The notes below the pieces were generated by a model. That model was not told the origin of the DNA. It was given only the letters and a program-made list of their open reading frames with translations, and searched no databases. DNA of 64,000 nucleotides from Eledone cirrhosa. Its lineage: Eukaryota. The position numbers and the translations under genes are program-made. Location: assembly GCA_964016885.1 (NCBI GenBank), contig OZ024741.1:68882001-68946000 (forward strand). Direction: 5' to 3'. Positions 26,136-39,200 of the stretch are shown here, piece after piece. Position 1 is the stretch's first letter, and each line of letters begins with the position of its first letter.

Positions 26136-26432
26136 AAATGGAAAAAAATGGGGGGGGGGCATTTGGGGTATATACATATATATATATATATATGTCATCT
26201 GAAAAGGAGTTTAGCAATAATGCAGAGAACTATAAGTAATAATCGATAACTATAAATAATAATGTAACTACCGCGTGGCAAGCTTTTTTATCACTATGTA
26301 AACTCTCATATCTAAAGAAGTGTCGATTAAGAGTCGTGATCCGATTACATGATCAAACCCGAGCTGATCGATATCAAAACAGATTGTAATATGTAATAAA
26401 GTTTACAAAAACCTGCAATTCTTTGTCACTTT

Positions 26433-26478
<46 letters not shown>

Positions 26479-26487
26479 TGACGTGTT

Positions 26488-26545
<58 letters not shown>

Positions 26546-27135
26546 ATCGATTTTTAATTTAATGCTAATATATAAATATATATATACATATATATACACA
26601 CATACACACACAAACATACATACATACATACATACAAAAATGCATCCATGCATACAAAAATGCATACATGCATACATACATACATACATGCATACATACA
26701 CACATCCATACATACATACATCCATACATACATACATACGAAAGTACGTACGTACCTACATACACACACAATCATATGCTAGACACATGCCTGTGATGTT
26801 ATCAACGAATCATTCAGAGCTAAACGTTGAAATCTCTAAACGTTGAAATCTTTAAATGTTAACTCGGTTTTCTAGATCAGTAGCCAAAACTCCCTCAAAT
26901 CATACCATAAAAAGATGAGTGACAGATTAGAGAGTCTAATAGGAATAATTTGATCATATGTCTGTTTTATCACCACAAGTCTTATGCTATACAGCAGTCA
27001 CTATATCAATAAATACAATATAATTTCATATCGTTACCAAATTCCTAATGAAAAACACTGCTTATGATTTTCAGGTATTTTTTTAAATAATCAAGAATTG
27101 TGAAGTATTTAGTAATGTGACTAGCTTTGTCATTA

Positions 27136-27565
27136 TTGGATTAGCAGTATCGGTAGAAAGTCGAACACCCTGCTTCGTGGCATAGAGTTACGGCCCTTTA
27201 CGTTCTGAGTTCAAATCCGCCGGGGTTAGCTTTGCCTTTTATCCTTACGGGGTTCAATAAAATAAAGTACCAGTAACGCACTGGGGTCGATTTAACCGAC
27301 TTTTCCCTCCCTCCAAAAAATTTCTGGCCTTGTGCCTAAATCAGAAACCATTATTAAGCTGAAATGGATTGAGGGCGGGGGGTTGGCAGTAACGGTAGAG
27401 TGTCAGGCACCATGCTTTGCAGTATAGAGTTATGGCCCTTTGTGTTCTAGGTTCAAATCCCGCCGAGGTTAGCTTAGCCTTTCATCCTTACGGGGTCGTT
27501 AAAATAAAGTACCAGTAATGCACTGGAGTAATTGCTGGCCTTGTGCCTAAAGTAGAAACCATTGT
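27136..27565 (+). mobile_element. Two tandem S1 SINEs
   Basis: Units ~27136-27352 and ~27383-27565, each with GTTCAAATCC and the conserved body. Confidence 0.85.
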
Positions 27566-27849
27566 TAAGCTGGAGTTTAGAACATAACTTACAAAGATTA
27601 CGATGGGAGGATTTTAGATAAACAAGTATATATATGTATATGTGTCTGTGTGTCCATGTATGTGTGTGTGTGTGTGTGCGTGTGTCTTCATGTATGTATG
27701 TGTGTGTGTGCGTGTCCATCTATGCTTGTATCCACTCATTTTAAGACGATACAGTAAAATTTGAGTGACATTCGATTACTATTTCTAGGAAATTGAACAA
27801 AAGATGAAAGTAAAATGTCTACTCTGCCAAGAATCGAACTGGGGTTGTC

Positions 27850-28142
27850 ACCTGGAGGATGATAAGCGGAGATGGCCTCGGCCGGGTTTGAACTCTGAAC
27901 GTAAAAGAGCCAGAACAAATACCGGAAAACGTTTTGGCCAACACTGGAACGATTCTGTCAATTCACCGTCCGAAATAATCGTTTCCGGTTTAGCCACAAG
28001 GCCGTCATCCTTTTTTTTTGGGGGGGGGGTAAGGAAGTCGTTGAGTTAATCGACTCCAGTACTTGACCAGGGGTGGTGGAAGTACTTTATCAACCTCAGA
28101 AGGATTAAAAGCAAAGTTAACCTCGGCATCATTTGAACTCCG
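27850..28142 (-). mobile_element. Older, diverged S1-like SINE pieces
   Basis: tttgaactctgaacgtaaa and gcaaagttaacctcggcatcatttgaactc segments. Confidence 0.6.
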
Positions 28143-28340
28143 AGTGTAGCACTCGTGTCGCTGTTGTTGCATAATTATTACGTTTAGTTCCAGATTGTAT
28201 GATTCGGCTGCTATTTCCAGCATGTCGATTGATCATGTAGAGCAATGATAGGTAAACTACGACCCTAATGACAAGCCTAATTCCCAAATTGCCTTGAATG
28301 TTTTAGTAGCGCGAACCGCTTTATGATGAACCCTATCCTA

Positions 28341-29095
28341 CAGCGGTCGCCAACCGATGATTCGCGGATCACTGGAGGTCCGAGAGAAAATGTTTGTGGT
28401 CCGCAGAAAAATGTTGACATTATTTGCAATTTTTATGTTTTATTAATAATAAAACAAAAATGATATTCGATTAAAATATATTTTATAACACCCCTAAAAA
28501 ATGTTTCTCCTCAGTAAAGAATTAGCATTCATGAAAGAATTTTACATGTATGTATCATTTATCGACAATATGACACATGTACGCTTCAGTATTGTTTAAT
28601 AAAATGGAAGTTCTCTTATCATGGCAGTATCGGTAGAGGGTCGAACTACATTCTTTGCAGCATAGAGTTACGGCCCTTTATGATCTGAGTTCAAATCCCG
28701 CCGAGGTTAACTTTGCTTTTCATCTTTACGGGGTCGATAAAATAAAGTACCAGTCACGCACTAGGGTCGATTTAATCGACTTTCCCCCTCCTCCAAAATT
28801 GCTGGCAGTATCGGTAGAGGGTCGGACGCCATGCTTTCCAGCATAGTTACGTCCCTTTACGGTCTGAGTTCAAATCCCGCCGAGGTTTACTTTGCCTTTC
28901 ATCCTTACGGGGTTGATAAAATAAAGTACCAGTAATGCACTGGGTAATTGCTGGCCTTGTGCCTAAAGTAGAAACAATTAATTTACAAATGTATTTATCT
29001 TTTTTAAAAAATTCATATTAGTGGTCCGCGGTATTTAAAACCATGAATTTAGTGGTCCCTGAGGTCCGTGAGGTCCGAAAGCTTGGTGACCGCTG
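28341..29095. mobile_element. hAT (Charlie-like) MITE with nested SINE dimer
   Basis: TIRs CAGCGGTCGCCAA / TTGGTGACCGCTG; subterminal GGTCCG repeats; TSD not clean. Confidence 0.8.
28622..28980 (+). mobile_element. S1 SINE dimer inside the hAT MITE
   Basis: Two heads tggcagtatcggtagagggtcg at ~28622 and ~28803. Confidence 0.9.
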
Positions 29096-30260
29096 GATGC
29101 TATTCACTACTCGTGCTTGACATAGAGATTAATCATTAATTACGTAATAGTTGTTGAGCTGGTGATATTTTTTCACCGTGAGTCGAATTCAATTAAAGAA
29201 AACAATTTTATACCGGCAGCAGCAGCAAGATGATGATGATGATGATGATGAAGAGGAGGAGGAGGAGGAGGAAGAGGAGGAGGAGGGGGTGACGATGATA
29301 ACGACGATGATGATGATTATGATAATGATGAGAAGGAGGTTGTTGTTGTTGATACTGAGACCGATTACACTAATATTACTAATGAGAACTTACATTTCAA
29401 GAGTTAATCAATGAGTTCAATGAATAAATGATTGGCTGATTGAATGATTAATTAATTAATTAATTGATTGAATGAAGAAATTACCGAATGAAGAACCGAA
29501 CCTCATGAAACAAAAGATCGTATCATTCACAAAATAAAGTTGGTTTGATAAACTAAACTATATACATACCGGTCCTGTTGTGGCGGAGTTCGAGAGGCAG
29601 CCGTCGCCTGTATTTTGTAGAAACACAAAAGGTTTTGTGAGCAGAAGTGTTTTTGTGTTCAGAACTTATCGCAGTAGCCCCATGTGAAGGTTTCCACCTG
29701 TTGCAGACGAGAGTTTAACTATCTTAACCTACCTACTACATACACGTCCTCTACACACTTCTCCACCGCCATCATCACTACCACTTTTCTATCAAACAGC
29801 TTACTTTACTTACTTTCCTACTTACCTTAACAACTTACCTATATATCATATACTACATATACTTATATACATGCACTTATGTATATATATATATATATTA
29901 TATATATGTGTGCATATGTATATACATATATATATATATAAAATATATATATATACAGTATATATATACATATATATATACACATGTGTATATGCTGTAT
30001 ATATATATATACATTATATATATATATATACAAAAACATACACACTCTCCTTCACCCTATCTGTTTATCACCATGTGCCTTGAATCTTCCCCCCCTCTCT
30101 CTCTCTCTCTCTCTCTCCTAACTCTTTCACCTGACAATCTAACATTCTCGCTCACATATCCTCATTTTCTTTTCTTTTTTCTCGCTCTCTCTCACTATTT
30201 GCTCTGTTGCTTGTCCTCCGCCTATGGGCTGCCGACGTACTAAAGGTATGATTATATATA

Positions 30261-30577
30261 CAGTTGTCCCCCGGTATACGCGGGTGTTACGTTCCTTCAG
30301 CACCTGCGAAGAATGAAAACCCGGGAATATCGGACGTGGTCCAGAAAAATGCCTATGAACGTCAAAATATAACGTCCATTAGGCCGGCCAATACGGTGTA
30401 TTGTTATTAATAATTTAGCGTTAAAAAATATATTTTGCTCGGAAAAAAGCCATATAAAAAAATTGCGGAAAATATTTACGATTCCGTGAACATGCGGTGG
30501 TTTCCAAGAACAATTATTAGTTAGGTTCTAAGGAAAATTCCGCGAATAACCGGGACCGCGAATGTCGGGGTACACTG
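30261..30577. mobile_element. Tigger/pogo-like MITE
   Basis: TA|CAGTTGTCCCCCGGTATACGCGG ... CCGCGAATGTCGGGGTACACTG imperfect TIRs. Confidence 0.65.
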
Positions 30578-30742
30578 GTATATACATATATGTATACAGT
30601 AGTGGACTGACCATGTCGTCAGCTTGTCTAATGGCAAGTGGGCCCCTTGGGGGCCCACGGTAGTACTTTAGGGGACAACTCAAATAAAACAATTAAGCAT
30701 ACTAGGGTCGACTTTTACATGAGATCGAATATATATATATAG

Positions 30743-31020
30743 TGGAGGCACGTGGTCCCAGTGGTAAGGGTGTTGGACTTACGATCATAATACCGTGGAT
30801 TCAATTCCTGAGTTGCGTGTTGTGTTCTTGAGCAAAACATTTCATTTCACTTTGCTCCACTATACTCAGCTGAAAATGAGTACCAACAATAGCTGAGCGT
30901 TTAACCCTGTATTGGACTGGTGTCCTGTCCAGGAGGAATCTTGTACTCTCAGTCGCTTCATGTCATGAAACCAGGATAAGCACAGGCCTAACGAGCCTTC
31001 TGGCTTAAGACAGATTTTAG

Positions 31021-31022
<2 letters not shown>
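30743..31022 (+). mobile_element. tRNA-headed SINE (same family as 8908-9172)
   Basis: A-box-like gtggtcccagtgg, B-box-like gattcaattcc, shared body and 3' end. Confidence 0.8.
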
Positions 31023-31093
<71 letters not shown>

Positions 31094-31269
31094 AATGTAT
31101 GAAGCCGAATTTGCGGCTTTTGAAGCGCTGAGAATCTATGTAATTATATAAGAATAAAGAAAGTGCTGAAGCAAAAATGCTATAAAGATAGTTTATAAAA
31201 TGGGGTGAAAACCATTAAAAGTCGCAAAAAGAATTTGCCAACGACTGCTATGAGGAACTGAACCCCATA

Positions 31270-32690
31270 TGGGTCTTTGTCCCAGTTTTCAAAACGGGAA
31301 ACAAGTCCCTTTCCGTGAACTACCGTCCGATCACACTCACCTCTCATATCATCAAGGTATTTGAAAGGGCGGTGAGATCACGAATAACCCACTTTCTTGA
31401 AAGCAACAAACTGCTGAACTCCAACCAATATGGGTTCCGTATTGGAAGGGACTGCTAACGGAGCTCCAGCATCCCTTTGATGACATTTTGAGAGCTTTAG
31501 CAGAGAGCTCCAACACTGATGTCATCTACCTTGATTTCAACGAGGCCTTTGACAGGGTTGATCACAAGATTCTATTGAAAAAACTATCCAACATTGGTGT
31601 CTCTGGAAAGTTACTGCAATGGATCAAGTGTTTCCTGGCAGACAGAGCCCAACATGTTGTTGTCGAAGGAGTAAAATCAAGCCCAGCCAAAGTCGGTAGT
31701 GGCATTCCGAAAGACACTGTGTTGGGCCCACTTCTTTTCATCATCTACATTAATGACATTGCTGACATCATCAAGCACAGCAACATAAGAATCTTTGCAG
31801 ATGATTCCAAGTTCCAGAAGGTCATCAGTGAAGTGGGTGACCGGACATGCCTTCATTCAAAATTACTGGCTCTTATCCAATGGGCGGAAAAGAAAAATAT
31901 GCAGCTGAAAGAGGATAAATTTGAGTTAATCCACTTTCGAAAAGAGGATGCCCTGAAACTCCCATACACCTTCAGGTGAAACTCTCGTGGCAGAGACTTG
32001 GGAGTAATTGAGGACAACATAAGCTGAGCCACTCATATAAACAGCAAAGTTGACATGGCCCGCAAAATATGTTCTTGGATTCTCAAAACTTTCCAGTCGA
32101 GAGATATCCACACCATTATCCTTCTCTTTTCCACTTTTGCCCGACCACCACTGTGGTCTCCCCACACGAAACAAAGTATTATGAAGGTTGAAGCACCTCA
32201 AAGTTCAATTGCAAAAAAGGTAGATGCCATGACAGGCCGTGACTATTGGGGTCGACGAGAAAAGCACAAACTTTATTCTCTCCAACGTTGCCGTGAGCGC
32301 TACATTGTGTGGAAAATATTCCATCAACATTGCCCAAATGATGTTGGCATCACCTTTAAACTACACTCAAGACTTGGGCCCCGTGCTATCCACCCACAAC
32401 AAAATACACACTCGCATCTCATAACAACAATACGGCACAATTATTTCACCTCAATTGGCTCTGCTCTCTTTAACATTACGCCAAAACACATTAAAACAGA
32501 GACAGACCCCATAAAGTTGAAGAAGTCTTTGGACAAATTCTTTTAAGAAATTCCGGATAAACCCCCTACACCCGGATGTTTCCGTAAACAATAGCTCACT
32601 TCTTGAGTGAACCATGGTGTCCAAAGTTAAGTTATATGTATAAATGTAGTCCAAGTAAAGTAATAAATAAATAAATAAATAAATAAATAG
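31270..32690 (+). pseudogene. 5'-truncated CR1-like LINE reverse transcriptase pseudogene
   Basis: NYRPITLTSHIIKVFER, NQYGFR, IYLDFNEAFDRVDH, SGIPKDTVLGPLLFIIYIND, IFADDSK with stops and frameshifts; (TAAA)n near 32662-32688. Confidence 0.92.
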
Positions 32691-33238
32691 AACACACACA
32701 CACACTTTTTTTAAAAATAAAAATACAAACGAAGGACACAGAACTCCAGAGTCATTGGCCGTTGAGGTGAACTTTGGCAGTTTCAAACCCTACCAACGGT
32801 ACTGCTGGTCCAGCCCGGGATCACAGCTGTCCAGTGGAGTAAGAGACCAGGAACAAAACATTAATTTATAGCAATTAAACTACAACAAATACACATAGAA
32901 TTTTCTGTGACGTGAGGGAAAAGGTGTGTTGCTTCTTATAGAATGATGAAGAAAAAAGTGAGATATCGCGTTAAAAAACGTGAGCCGTTGAAATGAAGAG
33001 CAGGAGAAGAGATAACATATACGTCACATTAGTATTGATAAACTTAAGAAAATTAACAAAGCCTAAAACTCGATTTGGGGGCATTTAAGCTAGACCGACT
33101 AAATTAAATCAGTTTTACTCATATAGTTCCCCAACGATGGGTTCTGGAATCAAGAAATAATATTAAATATTCCAAAACTTTGGAATAACCATTATTGAAA
33201 GAATTCCAATTCCGTCTTCTGGATAAGAGGAGACATTG

Positions 33239-36200
33239 AAGATAAAACATAGAGACCATGTTGTTACCAAGATAAAACATAGGGACCAAGATAAAACATA
33301 TAGACCATGTTGTTACCAAGATAAAACATAGGGACCATGTTGTTACCAAGATAAAACATAGGTACCAAGATAAAAAATATAGACCATGTTGTTATCAAGA
33401 TAAAACATATAGACCATGTTGTTACCAAGATAAAACATAGGGACCACGTTGTTACCAAGATAAAACATATAGACCATGTTGTTATCAAGATAAAACATAG
33501 ACCATGTTGTTACCAAGATAAAACATACAGACCAGGTTGTTACCAAGATAAAACATGAAGACCATGTTGTTGCCAAGATAAAACATATAGACAATGTTGT
33601 TGCCAAGATAAAAAATATAGACCATGTTGTTACAAAGATAAAAATTATAGACCATGTTGTTACCAAGATAAAACATAAAGACCATGTTGTTGACAAGATA
33701 AAACAGATAGACCATGTCGTTACCAAGATAAAACATAGAGAGCATGATGTTACCAAGATAAAACATAAAGACCATGTTGTTGACAAGATAAAACATAGAG
33801 ACCATGTTGTTACCAAGATAAAACATAGGGACCACGTTGTTACCAAGATAAAACATAGAGACCATGTTGTTACCAAGATAAAACATATAGAACATGTTGT
33901 TACCAAGATAAAACATACAGACCATGTTGTTACCAAGATAAAACATAGAGACCATGTTGTTACCAAGATAAAACATAGGGACCAAGATAAAACATATAGA
34001 CCATGTTGTTGAAAAGATAAAACATATAGACCATGTTGTTACCAAGATAAAACATAAAGACCATGTTGTTAGCCAGATAAAACATATAGACCATGTTGTT
34101 ACCAAGATAAAACATATAGAACATGTTGTTACCAAGATAAAGCATATAGACCATGTTGTTACAAAGATAAAACATAAAGACCATGTTTTTACCAAGATAA
34201 AACATATAGACCATGTTGTTACCTAGATAAAACATATAGAACATGTTGTTACCAAGATAAAACATATAGACCATGTTGTTACCAAGATAAAAAAATAAAG
34301 AGCATGTTGTTGCCAAGATAAAACATATAGACCATGTTGTTACCAAGATAAAACATATAGACCATGTTGTTACCAAGATAAAACATAGGGACCACGTTGT
34401 AACCAAGATAAAACATACAGACCATGTTGTTACCAAGATAAAACATAGAGACCATGTTGTTACCAAGATAAAACATAGGGACCAAGATAAAACATATAGA
34501 CCATGTTGTTGAAAAGATAAAACATATAGACCATGTTGTTACCAAGATAAAACATAAAGACCATGTTGTTAGCCAGATAAAACATATAGACCATGTTGTT
34601 ACCAAGATAAAACATATAGAACATGTTGTTACCAAGATAAAGCATATAGACCATGTTGTTACCAAGATAAAACATAAAGACCATGTTTTTACCAAGATAA
34701 AACATATAGACCATGTTGTTACCAAGATAAAACATATAGAACATGTTGTTACCAAGATAAAACATATAGACCATGTTGTTACCAAGATAAAAAAATAAAG
34801 AGCATGTTGTTGCCAAGATAAAGCATAAAGACCGTGTTGTTATCAAGATAAAACATATAGACCATGTTGTTACCAAGATAAAAATAATAGACCATTTTGT
34901 TACCAAGATAAAACATATAGACCATGTTGTTACCAAGCTATAAACATAGAGACCTTGTTGTTGCCAAGTTAAAACATATAGACCATGTTGTTATCAAGAT
35001 AAAACATAAAGACCATGTTGTTACCAAGATAAAACATATAGACCATGTTGTTACCAAGATAAAACATATAGACCATGTTGTTACAAAGATAAAACATAAA
35101 GGCCATGTTGTTACCAAGATAAAACATATAGACCATGTTGTTACCAAGATAAAACATATAGACCATGTTGTTACCAAGATAAAACATATAGACCATGTTG
35201 TTACCAAGCTATAAACATAGAGACCTTGTTATTACCAAGATAAAACATATAGACCATGTTGTTACCAAGAAAAAACATATAGACCATGTTGTTACCAAAA
35301 TAAAACATATAGAACATGTTGTTACCAAGATAAAACATAGGGACCAAGATAAACCTTATAGACCATGTTGTTACAAAGATAAAACAAAAAGACCATGTTG
35401 TTACCAAGATAAAACATATAGACCATGTTGTTGCCAAGATAAAACATATAGACCATGTTGTTACCAAGATAAAACATAAAGACCATGTTGTTACCAAGAT
35501 AAAACATAGAGACCATGTTGTTACCAAGATAAAACATAAAGACCATGTTGTTACCAAGATAAAACATATAGACCATGTTGTTGCCAAGATAAAACATATA
35601 GGCCATGTTGTTACCAAGATAAAACATAAAGACCATGTTGTTGCCAAGATAAAACATAAAGACAATGTTGTTACCAAGATAAAACATAGGGACCAAGATA
35701 AAACATATTGAACATGTTGTTGCAAACATAAAGCATATAGACCATGTTGTTACCAAGATAAAACATAAAGACCATGTTTTTACCAAGATAAAACATATAC
35801 ACCATGTTGTTACCAAGATAAAACATATAGAACATGTTGTTACCAAGATAAAACATATAGACCATGTTGTTACCAAGATAAAAAAATATAGAGCAGGTTG
35901 TTGCCAAGATAAAGCATAAAGACCGTGTTGTTATCAAGATAAAACATATAGACCATGTTGTTACCAAGATAAAACATATAGACCATGTTGTTACCAAGAT
36001 AAAACATATAGACCATGTTGTTACCAAGATAAAACATATAGACCATTTTGTTACCAAGATAAAACATATAGATCATGTTGTTACCAAGCTATAAACATAG
36101 GGACCAAGATAAAACATAGAGACCATGTTGTTACCAAGAGAAAACATATAGACCATGTTGTTACCAAGATAAAACATAGAGACCATGTTGTTACCAAGGT

Positions 36201-39200
36201 AAAACATAGAGATCATGTTGTTACCAAGATAAAACATAGAGACCATGTTGTTACCAAGATAAAACGTAGAGACCATGTTGTTACCAAGATAAAACATATA
36301 GACCATGTTGTTACCAAAATAAAACATAGGGACCAAGATAAAACAGAGAAACCATGTTGTTGCCAAGATAAAACATAGAAACCATGTTGTTGCCAAGATA
36401 AAACATAGGGAACAAGATAAAACACAGAGACCATGTTCTTAACAAGATACAACGTACAGATCATGTTATTACCAAGATAAAACATATAGAACATGTTGTT
36501 ACCAAGATAAAACATTATAGACCATGTTGTTGCCAAGATAAAACATATAGACCATGTTGTTACCAAGATAAAAGAAACAGACCATGTTGTTGCCAAGATA
36601 AAAAATAAAGACCATGTCGTTACCAACATAAAACATATAGACCATGTTGTTACCAAGATAAAACATATAGACCATGTTGTTACCAAGATAAATCGTGGGG
36701 ACCATGTTGTTGCCAAGATAAAACATAAAGACAATGTTGTTACGAAGATAAAACATAGGGACCAAGATAAAACATATTGAACATGTTGTTGCTAAGATAA
36801 AGCATATAGACCATGTTGTTACCAAGATAAAACATAAAGACCATGTTTTTACCAAGATAAAACATATACACCATGTTGTTACCAAGATAAAACATATAGA
36901 ACATGTTGTTACCAAGATAAAACATATAGACCATGTTGTTACCAAGATAAAAAAATAACGAGCATGTTGTTGCCAAGATAAAGCATAAAGACCGTGTTGT
37001 TATCAAGATAAAACATATAGACCATGTTGTTACCAAGATAAAACATATAGACCATGTTGTTACCAAGATAAAACATAGAGACCATGTTGTTACCAAGATA
37101 AAACATATAGACCATTTTGTTACCAAGATAAAACATATAGATCATGTTGTTACAAAGATAAAACATAAAGGCCATGTTGTTACCAAGATAAAACATATAG
37201 ACCATGTTGTTACCAAGATAAAACATATAGACCATGTTGTTACCAAGATAAAACATAGGGACCAAGATAAAATATATTGAACATGTTGTTGCCAAGATAA
37301 AACATAGGGACCATGTTGTTACCAAGATAAAACATATAGACCATGTTGTTACCAAGATAAAACATATAGACCATGTTGTTGCCAAAATAAAAAAAGGACC
37401 ATGTTGTTACCAAGATAAAACATATAGAACATGTTGTTACCAAGATAAAACATAGGGACCACGTTGTTACCAAGATAAAACATAGAGACCATGTTGTTAC
37501 CAAGATAAAACATAGAGACCATGTTGTTACCAAGATAAAACATAGGGACCAAGATAAAACATATAGACCATATTGTTGAAAAGATAAAACATATAGACCA
37601 TGTTGTTACCAAGATAAAACATAGAGACCATGTTGTTACCAAGATAAAACATATAGAACATCTTGTTGCCAAGATAAAAAATATATACCATGTTGTTGCC
37701 AAGATAAAACATATAGAACATGATGTTGCTAAGATAAAACATATAGACCATGTTGTAACAAGATAAAGCATATAGACCATGTTGTACAAAGATAAAACAT
37801 ATAGAGCATGTTGTTACCAAGATAAAACATATAGACCATGTTGTTACCAAGATAAAACATAAAGACCATATTGTTACCAAGATAAAACATAGGGACCAAG
37901 ATAAAACATAGAGACCATGTTGTTACCAAGAGAAAACATATAGACCATGTTGTTACCAAGATAAGACATAGAGACCATGTTGTTACCAAGTTAAAACATA
38001 GAGATCATGTTGTTACCAAGATAAAACATAGAGACCATGTTGTTACCAAGATAAAACGTAGAGACCATGTTGTTACCAAGATAAAACATAGAGACCATGT
38101 TGTTGCCAAGATAAAACATATAGAACATGTTGTTACCAAGATAAAACATATAGACCATTATGTTACCAAGATAAAACATAGAGACCTTTGTGTTGCCAAG
38201 ATAAAACATAAAGACCATGTTGTTGCCAAGATAAAACATAAAGAACATGTTGTTACCCAGATAAAACATATAGACCATGTTGTTACAAAGATAAAACATG
38301 AAGACCATTTTGTTGCCAAGATAAAACATAAAGACCATGTTGATATCAACGTAAAACATAGGGACCAAGATAAAACATAGAGACCATGTTGTTACCAAGA
38401 TAAAACATAGAGACCATGTTGTTACCAAGATAAAACATATAGACCATGTTGTTACCAAAATAAAACATAGGGACCAAGATAAAACAGAGAGACCATGTTG
38501 TTGCCAAGATAAAACATAGAAACCATGTTGTTGCCAAGATAAAACATAGGGACCAAGATAAAACATAGAGACCATGTTGTTACCAAGATACAACATACAG
38601 ACCATGTTATTACCAAGATAAAACATATAGAACATGTTGTTACCAAGATAAAACATTATAGACCATGTTGTTGCCAGGATAAAACATATAGACCATGTTG
38701 TTACCAAGATAAAACATACAGACCATGTTGTTGCCAAGATAAAACATAAAGACCATGTCGTTACCAACATAAAACATAGAGACCATGTTGTTACCAAGAT
38801 AAAACGTAGAGACCATGTTGTTACCAAGATAAAACATATAGACCATGTTGTTACAAAAATAAAACATAGGGACCAAGATAAAACAGAGAGACCATGTTGT
38901 TGCCAAGATAAAACATAGAAACCATGTTGTTGCCAAGATAAAACATAGGGACCAAGAGAAAACATAGAGACCTTGTTCTTACCAAGATACAACATACAGA
39001 TCATGTTATTACCAAGATAAAACATATAGAACATGTTGTTACCAAGATAAAACATTATAGACCATGTTGTTGCCAAGATAAAACATAAAGACCATGTCGT
39101 TACCAACATAAAACATATAGACCATGTTGTTACCAAGATAAAACATATAGACCATGTTGTTACCAAGATAAAACATATAAACCATGTTGTTACCAAGATA

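Noticed and set aside
29178-29414. Acidic poly-D/E ORF
   Set aside because: A compound (GAT)n/(GAG)n microsatellite with no flanking coding signal.
32843-32862. Possible degenerate satellite seed monomer (agaccaggaacaaaacat) upstream of the array
   Set aside because: Too short and too diverged to exceed chance similarity.
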